From the NCBI RefSeq assembly GCF_009914755.1, contig NC_060931.1: a stretch of 64,000 bases of DNA; one strand, written 5' to 3'. The notes beneath the pieces are model-generated. The model was given only the letters and a program-made list of their open reading frames with translations, was not told the origin of the DNA and did no database searches. Below, piece by piece: positions 52,091-64,000 of this stretch. The first letter of the stretch is position 1; each line of letters begins with the position of its first letter. This DNA comes from the human T2T-CHM13v2.0 reference genome, Homo sapiens. The position numbers and the translations under genes are program-made.

Positions 52091-52603
52091 GTAAGTGTTT
52101 TTTAAATGTCTTGTTTGTGCAGAGTCTGTTGACAACATTAGGTCAATTACCTTATTTTCTGTGAAAGAAAACCCATTGAATTCTAAAACTAAATGTGCAC
52201 TAATAGTTTATTAAGCTGAGTAAAATACATTTTGGCAATATTTTTCTTTGAGTCCTGGAAGTTTTTAAGATACCACAGTCCAGTAAGAAAGCCACATTGG
52301 TGTTTCTACACAGGAGACAATGCCATGGACACATACATCAGCTTGAGAGTCGTGACAAATTACAGTAATAGCAAACTAATGGAATTACAGACTTGAAAAT
52401 ATTTGAGGGCTACTCACTATTTAGTTTTCAGGTGAATATAAATCCAGTTTTTTTCGTTTTGTTTTGTTTTTAAGATAAAGCTACTATAAAAAAAACATCA
52501 CTTAAATACTGGGTTGTGGAAGCAAACTCCAGGGAATACTTTGCCCATAGACTCCTTTGGTGACTGAAAAGTACTTGTTAAATGTCTGGAGAAAAAAATA
52601 ACA

Positions 52604-52970
52604 GGCTATAAAAAAGGATGAGTTTTTGTCCTTTGCAAGGACATGAATGAAGCTGGAAACCATCATTCTCAGCAAAGTAACACAGGAACAGAAAACCAAA
52701 CACTGCATGTTCTCACTCATAAGTGGGAGTTGAACAATAAGAACACATGGACATGTCGGGGGAATATCACACACCAAGGCCTGTCAAGGGCTGGGGGGCC
52801 AGGGGAGGGATAACATTAGGAGAAATACCTAATATGGATGACGGATTGATGGGAGCAGCAAACCACCATGGCACATGTATACCTGTGCAACAAACATGCA
52901 CATTCTGCACATGTATCCCAGAACTTAAAGTATACTAAACAAATAAATTAATTAAGTTAAATTATAAAAA
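52604..52970 (+). mobile_element. 5'-truncated L1PA7-like 3' end in the pseudogene intron
   Basis: L1 3'UTR; TSD gagaaaaaa(a)taaca at ~52589-52603 and 52971-52984. Confidence 0.88.
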
Positions 52971-54401
52971 GAGAAAAAATAACATGCTGATAATTTCTGC
53001 TTGTCTAAATTATTCATTAACATAAAACACTTTTCTCTGTTATCGCGTCTTATTTCCATAATGGATAATGTTGTTACCCAGAGTTTCATTACCTCAAAGT
53101 TGAGGTTTACATACTTTATACATCTGACATGTAAAAGGGTCAGGCTCATCTTTAGGTATAATAATCATTAGGACACAGGCCCCAAATTATGTCTCCCATC
53201 TTTCTGATCCACTATTTGAAATATTATCATTAAAATTCATCTTTTTAAATGATAAAATATTCCTTGAAAAAGCAACAGTAAAATAAAGCAAATAAAAGCT
53301 TAAGAGGATTAAAATGTACTCTTAGAGGCCATCCATGCTTCAGTGAGAATTAATTATCAACTTGTTTTCTTCTAAGGTTTGATTGGAGAAGAAAGAGGAA
53401 AGGATAAACTTAAAATATGACACACCAATCTAGATGAAGGTGGGGGGAAAAATGGCAAATTCACCAACTTCTGCTTGAGATATTCCCTTATGGCCTTTTC
53501 ACTGTGCAGAGTTACACTTCACCTTCTACTAGATCCAGATAGTAGTTCTGGAAGAAGGAGGATATTCTGGGTTCTTAGGAGATCAAAACTAACACTACTA
53601 GGTTTTTATGGTAGAGTAATGTAACCTGGAGCACCACCACAATTATACAAGGGCGTGCACACACATGCTTGAAGTGTCAGCAGCACCCATTCTAGTCCAG
53701 CCTCCCTCACTTTATCTCTTTTTAAACCACCTCAAATAGAGTGGCTGCAGGAGATGTGGAAATGTTTAAGTAATGGAAGCAGGAGTTGGGCAAGTATTCA
53801 TGGTTGAAGTCTTAGGATAGGTGATCGGCAGTGAGGACAGCAGAGCTGACATGGACAAAACAAGCCAGATAGGTCAGTAGTTGTGTCAAGCAATAGAATC
53901 CTTCTCTCTGTCCATGGAGACCGAGGCACTGACTTTGGTGATCATACCTTTAGTCTTTGATGTAGACAACGAAAGATGGAAAAGAGAAGCCAATGTTCCA
54001 CGAAACTGGGTACAGCAATTGCCCTCCTGCACAGTCGAATCAGAAAATACTTGAGCACGAGCCTGTTTTTCATTAGATCAGAGTACTCTCAGATATTATA
54101 GTCAGTATGATGTGTTTCGTGTAGACAGATAAACTCCTATTCAACTGACAGTCCAGTCAAGATTTTATTTCTCCCTGAAAAACCTAATACAGTGTGTAAT
54201 TCAGTCAGTCTTTCACAGTTCTAAGAACAGAGTAAATTTTCCTATAGTCTTATCAACATCACCACAAACAATTTGACCTCTAAGCTTTGACAAAGGACTT
54301 CTGACTAGAAAGCAAGGTTTGGGGCAATCGTTTATTTGTTTGTCTTGCATATATATGATTGATCTTTTGATAGATAAAAGTTGATCTTTTCTTTTCTATA
54401 G

Positions 54402-54893
<492 letters not shown>

Positions 54894-55399
54894 AATTTTC
54901 TACATTTCTGGGGAGTAGTGCTTTTTTTTTTTTCAAACAACATGCCAGAAAATCCCATTAGTCCCCAGGGTCTGTGAACTTGATAATACATAGAACAATA
55001 TAGAAAAATGACTGAAAGGACACAGGTAAAAAATAAACAAACACAACAGACATAGATATTTATGGCCTTAAATTATTTCAAAGGAAAAATTTGCTATAAG
55101 TCAAAAGCTAGCTCCTAAGTATGCCAGCAAAAATACATTAAAATGTTTGGGTATGCCCAGTGTAATAAAATGTTTGAGTATATGTGTACCTCTCCCATAT
55201 ATAGACTAGACAGAGAAGAGGAAACCTGAGGTAAAGGAATATCCTTCGAATGACGAGGCACTGAGAAGTTTATGGCTCCATTCCTATATGTAATCAAAAT
55301 AGGAGAGCAACTGTGTATCCAAAACCATTTTTTTAAAGCATGATAAAATATAAATAAGCATTTTTTAAAATATGAAGATGACTAGTTCAATAGTTTCCT

Positions 55400-56243
<844 letters not shown>

Positions 56244-56635
56244 TTTTGTACTCTGTTGAGGTGCTCAGTCATTCTATATTTTCTTGAACATTGCCTTACT
56301 TTCTGGCATCATAAAATGTTCTGGGCTCATATTACTTTTCTTGCCCCAGTCCTGGAATCAACCATTTTCCCAGGAAGCTCTGGGTTTGTTTGTTTGTTTT
56401 GTTTTTGTTTTTTGGACAAAGGTACATAGAAAACAAGATCTGAATGCTAGGTATATAAAAAGCATTTTGTAACACGTTGTGGAAAAATAGAGAAAAAAAT
56501 CAGATGAGGGCAGTGTGTCCTCTACGTTTAGCAGAGTGTACTCACTAGACACCCAGTAAGTGTTTGATGTTAGTGTGGCTACACTTGTAACCAAATATAG
56601 TCAGTGACAAAAATGCTTCATCTCGACAGTATGGG

Positions 56636-56749
56636 TAAGGTGACCCACTAGCTCTGCTTACCAGGTATTGAGGAGTTTCTTGGGACACTGGACTTTCAGT
56701 ATGAAAACCAGGAAAGTCCCAGGCAACCTGGGATGAGTTGGTCACCCTA
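56636..56749. mobile_element. MER81-like hAT-Blackjack MITE
   Basis: Termini taaggtgacc / ggtcacccta; internal ggactttcagt...ggaaagtccc. Confidence 0.75.
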
Positions 56750-57946
56750 ATATGGAATAGGGTCAGTGAGGAAGGGAAGGAATCAATGTTGGCTGCGTTC
56801 AGCAGAGGAACCTTCTGGAGGGTGGGAAGCATAGCTTATGCAGCTCTCTGAGACATCAGGAGTTGCTAAGAATCCCTTTCTCTGCTCCTTAGGCATCTCA
56901 GATGCTGTCATTCTCCATGAGTAGCATTTGCAGCATGGACCTCATCCATAGCTTCTGATTCTCTGCCCTATCCTCACTGAGCTCTAAATAATAACTTTGA
57001 ACCTTTCAACACGGCTCAGATAAGCTGTGATGGGAAACATGGTCTGTGCCAATGGAGCACATGGTTCTGCCAGCGACAGACTGTTCGAGAAAGAGGTGGG
57101 AAGTCCAGATGTACAATTACTACTGGGCTTCCAACAGCATCCCATCCGGGGTTTACAGAAGCGCAACTCAATCAACAAAGGTTTTGTTTCAAGCATCACT
57201 GTCCACAGCTGCTGTGGCGTCTCAGTTTTTCCTATCAAATATTTTCCAAAAGGGCTGAGTGTGAGGCTGAAGGATCAGAGGAAGAAAGGTTTAGAGATGA
57301 ATGCATCTTAGGCTTGAGCAGAAAGTCAGTCAAACATCTTGTTAAATCCCCTGCCTTGATGTATTATTGCCCCCATTCTGCAGATTCAGAAACTGAGGCT
57401 TCAGAACCATTAATGGTTATGCCCAAACTGCAGCTAGAGAAGGGATGAGAGAACTCTTTCCTCTAAGACTAGCGCTCATTTTTCCACACAAATGCTTCCT
57501 CAGTTATGTTCCTAAAACCCACATAATGTGTATAATGAGAAAGTCCTATTAAAAAAATGTTTACTGAATCTAGATTTCCCATCTTATTTGCGCATGAAGC
57601 TTTCTTCACCAGATTCCCATTATGAGACCACAGAGAGCTGAGTCTAAGAAAGTCGTCACGGGTGGGGAATTTGAGGTTTTTTTTTAAAAAGAAGTGAAAA
57701 ATCACAGACATATTAGAAGTACTAAAATACTGTAACCACTCATGAGGGAATTGTTTGGGTTGATAACTCTGTAGGACTGATACAACATAAGGGCATTTTG
57801 ATTGGCTGAGCCATGGTTTACTTTAGACTACAAAGTACTGTCCCTATCTTTCAGTGTGGCTGTTTCAGTAGTATTTGTTTCAATCCTATTTTTCAGCCAG
57901 TGGGTGAAGGACAGCAGTCACATAAAAACTTTCTTCAAGAGATTTC

Positions 57947-58387
<441 letters not shown>

Positions 58388-58902
58388 TTAGGAGATAGCA
58401 CCTCTGACAAATACCTTGACACTTTGGTACAAGGAACTCCTGCCTATCAGTGATAAATAGAGAGCAATCCCATTTTTTTTTAAAAAAAGAGGAGAGTTGC
58501 TATGAAAAGGATATTTGTAGAATGGGAAGCCACCAAGGTTTTGACCATAAGATGAGAGCCCAAGTTTGCTGGTAATTAGAAATAAGACAAATGCAAATTC
58601 AAACCACAGTGAGCTACTTCTTCATGCCTACTGGACTAGGTGACAATTAGAGAGCTAGTGGGGCTATGGGAGGCCACATGCTCTGTTGGTGGGTGGGTGG
58701 ACTGGTACTGCCATTGTGGTGTTACTCATGCAAATTATATATATGTTTACACATGCCTCAGTAATTCCTTGCCTGGTATTTATTTCAGGGTCCATAATGG
58801 AACTTGCACAAGGAAGTTTTTTGCATTATGGTTTATGGTGGGGAAGTTGGTGGCAACCTGGGAATTCATTACAAGAAGTGGAGAGGTAGGGATAGGCAGG
58901 GG

Positions 58903-59671
58903 TCATATAGTTTGGATACTTGTCCCCTCCAAATCTCATGTTGAAATATGATCCCCAATGTTAGAGGCAGGGTCTGGTGGGAGGTGATTTGATCATGTAT
59001 TAGTTCATTCTCACACTGCTATAAAGATATTACCCGAGACCGGGTAATTTATAAATAAAAGAGGTTTAACTGACTCACAGTTCAGTATGGCTGTGGAGGC
59101 CTCAGGAAACTTACAATTATGGCAGAAGGGGAAGCAGCCTCCCTCTTCACAAAGTGGCAGGAGAGTGCGTGTGCATAGGAGAAACTGCCAACCATTTATA
59201 AAACCATCAGATCTCATGAGAACTCACTCACTATCATGAGGACAGCATGGGGAAACCACCCCCATGATCCTATCACCTCCCACCAGGTCTCTCCCTCAAC
59301 ACCTGGGGATTACAATTCAAGGTGAGATTTGGGTGGGGACACAAAGCCTAACCATATCAGATCACGAGTGTGGATCCCTCATGAATGGCTGAGCACCATC
59401 CTTTGGTGATAAATGAGTTCTCACTCAGTTCATGTGAGATCTGGTTGTTTAACAGGGTCTGGAACCTCCTTTTCCCTCTTGCCACGTGTTATGCCAGCTG
59501 CCTCTATATCTTCTGCCATGTTTGGAATCTTCTTGATGCCTCACCAGGAGCAGATGCTGGTGCCATGCTTCTTGTACAGCCCACAGAACCACGAGCCAAA
59601 TAAACCTATTTTCCTTATAAATGATCCAGCCCCAGGTATTTCTTTAAACAACACAAGAACAGACTAACACA
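58903..59671 (+). mobile_element. MSTB-like (MaLR) LTR hosting a second LTR
   Basis: atatagtttggatacttgtcccctccaaatctcatgttgaaat...gaacagactaacaca. Confidence 0.8.
58996..59359 (-). mobile_element. MSTA/THE1-like solo LTR, nested and inverted
   Basis: tgtattagttcattctcacactgctataaag...aaccatatca; 5-bp TSD gatca. Confidence 0.88.
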
Positions 59672-60799
59672 AAGGGTAATATTCAGCTGATAGGCATGAT
59701 ACAGCCACACGGGTTGTTGAACTAGTGAAACAGTGTCCTCATGTCATGTGGGTTGATAACCTGCTGCTTCTCAGCCTACTAAATGCCTCTCCATCTCCCC
59801 TACAAAGTACCCTAACCTTTCCTGCTGCAGCAATTTAAGATTAAATTCTGAATTTCAGGAGCCTCTGGGACCCAGTTCCAGCCCAGCATTGAGGCTCCCT
59901 CCTCATTAGGTCATGTCTGTGTTGTTCAAGGGTTAAATATTTTGTACATTAACTGTGTGGAGGGGTCAACCACAATAAATTTATACAATGGGCTACTAGG
60001 CAGTAGTTAGAAGCAATGGCTGTAGATACAAGCTTATATCTTAAAAAACTAGTTCTTATGCAATTGAATTGTTCTATATTATGTCATTTACAAAAATTAA
60101 AAATTGCATGCACCCAAACTAAAATGTGCATTTTATAAGAACACATTCAAAAGGTGAGACACACAAACGATACATTAAAATTATTGCTTAGGGAAGAAAA
60201 GAGAACTGGAATGAGTTATGGCAATTAAAGGGAGTGAATGAATGAATGAATGAATGAAAACAAGATGGACAGTGCACAGGTCCAGAGGACATATCATGAA
60301 GTAAGGAGTATGGCCAACTCAATCATCTTCCCCCGGAGTTCAAAGTGAGAAAGCATTAGCTAAAACATAACACCATGAGCCAGGCACTGTTGAAGGCACT
60401 TTGCATATAGTAACTCATTTGATCCTGACAACATTCTCAAGCCTGTCCAGGTCCTATTTGCCTTTGGATCCAGTCCTGGCCATTTCCCTCTCTCTGCTGT
60501 ATCCTAGCAGTGTTAACGTTGTTCCAGTGGCTTCTGAACCAGCCAACATTGACCAACCAGAGCAGCAGAAGAAAAAGGTGGGAGAGTGGTCCTGCAGCTA
60601 GTTGGTAAGCCATCTAAAGGCACACAATGGGGACTGTGTTAATTTCAGAGTGCTGCCATCAGATTTACCACCGATTTAGTGGCTTAAATCAATACAAATG
60701 TATTATTGACAATTCGGTAGGTCAGAAAACAAATCGGCCCCACTGTGCTAAAATCAAGGTATCAAGGAGACCATGTTCCCCTTTCTGGAGGCAGTAGGG

Positions 60800-61382
60800 C
60801 AGTGGTCCCCAACTGTTTTGGCACCAGGGACAGAATTCGTGGAAGACAATTTTTTCATGGACCACAAGCAGTTGGTGGGGGTGGTAGTTTCTGGATGATT
60901 CAAGCACATTACATTATTATGCACTTTATTTCTCTTATTCTATTATTATATTTTATTTCTATCATTACATTGTAATATATACTGAAATAATTATACAACT
61001 TATCATAATGTAGAATCAGTGGGACCCCTAAGCTTGTTTTCCTGCAACTAGATGGTCTCATCTAGGGTTAATGGGAGACAGTGACAGATCATCAGTCATT
61101 AGACTCTCATAAGGAGTAGGCAACCTAGATCCCTCGCATGCCCAGTTCACAATAGGGTTAGGCAACCTAGATCCCTCGCATGCCCAGTTCACAATAGGGT
61201 TCACATTCCTGTGAGAATTTAATGCCACAGCTGGTGTAACAGGAGGTGGAGCTCAGGCAGGAGTGTGAGTGATGGGGAGCATGTGTAAATTCAGATGAAG
61301 CTTCGCTTGCTTGCCCTCCACTCACTTCCTGCTGCTCGGTCCAGTTCCTAACAGGCCATAGCCTGGGGGTTGAGGACCCCTG
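60800..61382. mobile_element. MER1A-like hAT-Charlie element
   Basis: Termini cagtggtccccaac / gttgaggacccctg; internal gcaacctagatccctcgcatgc. Confidence 0.85.
61117..61200. repeat. Perfect 42-bp tandem duplication
   Basis: taggcaacctagatccctcgcatgcccagttcacaatagggt twice. Confidence 0.95.
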
Positions 61383-61535
61383 CCCTAGGTGATCATCTAT
61401 TTCCTTGCCCTTTTCAGCTTCTAGAGGCTGCTCACATCACATTTCTCTCTTCATAACCCCCTTCTCTGTTTTCAAATCCAGGAACATTGCATCTCTCTCA
61501 CCATTCTCACATAATCACAGCTCCCTCTCTGACTC

Positions 61536-61958
61536 TTTTTTTTTTTTTCAGATGGGGTCTTGCTCTGTTGCCCAAGCTGGAGTGCAGTGATACCCAAATC
61601 CCAATCCCCAGAACGTGTGGATATGTTATATTACATGGACAAAATGATTTTGCAGATGTGATCAGGGTTAAGGACTTTGAGATGAGGGTATCATCTCAGA
61701 TTATCCAGGTTGGATATTATCCATCGCTCACTGCAGCCTCAACCCCCTGTGCTCAAGTGATCCTCCCTTTTCAGCCTCCCAAGTAGCTAGGAACTACAGG
61801 CATGCACCATGATGCCTGGCTAATTTTTACATTTTTCTTTTGTAGAGACAGTCTTGCTATGTTGCCCAGGCTGCTTTCAATCTCTTAGGCTGAAGCCATC
61901 CTCCTGCCTCAGCTTCCCAAAGTTCTGGGATTACAAGTATGAGCCACTGTGCCCAGCC
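61536..61958 (-). mobile_element. AluJ-like SINE carrying a 125-bp inverted insert
   Basis: Alu interrupted at 61589-61722. Confidence 0.88.
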
Positions 61959-62600
61959 ACTCTCCGACTCTGACCTCAGCTGGAAAAGTTTCTTTTAAGG
62001 ACTCATGTGATTAGGTTGAGCCCACCTGCATAATCTGAGATGATACTTTCATCTCAAAGTCCTTAACCTTAATCACATCTGCAAAATCCTTTTGTCCATG
62101 TAAGATAACATATTCACACGTTCTGGGGATTAGGATTTGGGTATCTTTAGGGGACCATTATTCTGCCCACCAAAGAGATGAACAGAAATATTTTGGGGTG
62201 AAATGATGCCAAAGGAGAAAGCAGGGTAGAAAACAAGGGAATTTGCCACTGATGTTGGTTTCCATGTGATCTCATGTCTAATTCAAACATTGATGAAATC
62301 TGCCAGCATTTGAGCTGTACTTAGAATACAGTCATTTGCAGAAGATCAAAAAAGATCCTGGAAAAAGAATAAGATAATCAAAGGGGTTGAGGGAAGCAGT
62401 TCCAGACTCTCAGATTAACTGCAGAGTGGGGAGGGTAGAGGTGGAGAGGGTGGTGTAGGAGGGTTATGGGGGGCAGTGTGAGGGAGGGAGGAGTTGCAGG
62501 CTCCCAGATGTACTGTGAAACACGAAAATAAATGAGGTGAAGAGAAGAAAAAGGATGAAAAGTATACATTTCCTTGTCTCTCATAAAAGAAAGCTAAGAT

Positions 62601-62995
<395 letters not shown>

Positions 62996-63570
62996 GGAGA
63001 GGTAATTTTGGTATTAATGTTTTAAGGGAATCCCTAGCAGAATCAAAAACTGTATGTTTGTCTTCCAAATGAGTGACAAAGATGACAACAAGTAGAGCAT
63101 TGCCCAGACATCAGAAGGCCAAATAGAAGATTCAATAGCAGAATATTAAAATACAGCATGAAATAGACTGACAGAGGCTGGATCCAGGAGGCATTTACAC
63201 CAGTGATTTGTACCTAACGGTGTAAATTCCACTGCCAAGAAACCAAGACTCTCACACTACAGGACTGTATTTGTTTAACAAATTGCTGCTTCTGAAACAT
63301 CTCGCTGAAGCTGAATGACCTCAAAAGTCTAAAAGCAAAATTGAGAAAGGCAATATTAATTAAAAAAGAAAAGGTGACTTCCAGTGTAGAAAATAGTAAC
63401 CTAACATCTAGGGCAAAACTATTGGCCATGACAAGCAGGAAAATTACTTATGATAAAAATCTAAAATCAATAATACAATTTTGAGATTATCAAAGTTTAA
63501 TTCTTTGAATCAATATAATAAATAAAATACAACCCACGGGAAAGACATGAAAATCATAATTAGAGGATAA

Positions 63571-63869
63571 TTTTTTTTCTTGTTCTTTTTTGAGACAGAG
63601 TCTTGCTCTGTCGCCCAGGCTGGAGTGCAGTGACATCTTGGCTCACTGCAACCTCCACCTCCCCTGTTCAAATGATTCTCCTGCCTCAGCTCCTGAGTAG
63701 CTGGGATTTCAGGCACCTGCCACCATGCCTGGCTAATTTTTGTATTTTTAGTAGAGATGGGGTTTCACCATGTTGGCCAAGCTGGTCTTGAACTCCTGAA
63801 CTCAAGTGATCCGCCCACCTTGGCCTCCCAAAGTGCTGAGATTACAGGCGAGAGCCACCTCACTCGGCC
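63571..63869 (-). mobile_element. Alu SINE (AluS-like)
   Basis: Reverse-complement dimer; flanks tagaggataattt / tagagaatgattt. Confidence 0.9.
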
Positions 63870-64000
63870 TAGAGAATGATTTTGATTGTTCTATGTTAAT
63901 GACAAATTAAGGACACAAAAATTAAATATGGATATAAATGATATAAACAATGAAAATAAGTTAGATGGAATGAATAGGATAAGTTTTTTTACTTTATTGA

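Larger units (their letters stand above)
60635..62174 (-). mobile_element. MLT1 (MLT1D-like) LTR interrupted by MER1A and Alu
   Basis: tttagtggcttaaatcaatacaaat...cagcttctagaggctgc...ggaccattattctgcccacca. Confidence 0.75.

Noticed and set aside
51903-52094. 63-aa ORF as a standalone functional microprotein
   Set aside because: Non-ATG start in intron-like sequence; it is the frameshifted pseudo-exon read into the donor site
55090-55205. Faint resemblance to ENPEP exon 4 (caaaagc...tatgc...tgtttg)
   Set aside because: Far more diverged than the two clear exons, with no coherent frame or splice sites; likely chance AT-rich similarity (TBLASTN would settle it)
62400-62495. G-rich tract as a G-quadruplex
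   Set aside because: G-runs are irregular with long loops and there is no promoter context; weak support
63000-63480. A-rich unique segment as possible transposase or exon remnant
   Set aside because: Stops in the frame I translated, no + strand ORF in the track, and no recognisable motif

Overview
Primate (most likely human or great-ape) intergenic or intronic DNA with no intact protein-coding gene, RNA gene or CpG island. About half or more is transposon-derived: roughly 40 Alus, L1 fragments of several ages, L2/MIR, LTRs (MLT1, MLT2, MST, LTR8, LTR33) and DNA transposons (Tigger2, MER1A, MER5, MER81, MADE1). Nearly all ORFs in the supplied track are Alu, L1 or simple-repeat read-throughs. 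The main discovery is an unprocessed pseudogene fragment of glutamyl aminopeptidase (ENPEP/aminopeptidase A) on the + strand. It has two exons, 51950-52090 and 54402-54533, with canonical splice sites and a 2.3-kb intron; the first exon carries a 1-nt frameshift. Other notable structures: an L1PA whose 5'UTR is fused directly to mid-ORF2; a ~120-bp local duplication whose second copy preserves that L1's empty insertion site; a 125-bp inverted templated insertion inside an Alu; a perfect 24-bp inverted repeat around a (CA)n; and a perfect 42-bp tandem duplication. Repeat family names and ENPEP comparisons come from recalled consensus sequences, not from searches, and repeat boundaries are approximate. 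I see no evidence of a new multi-gene system.
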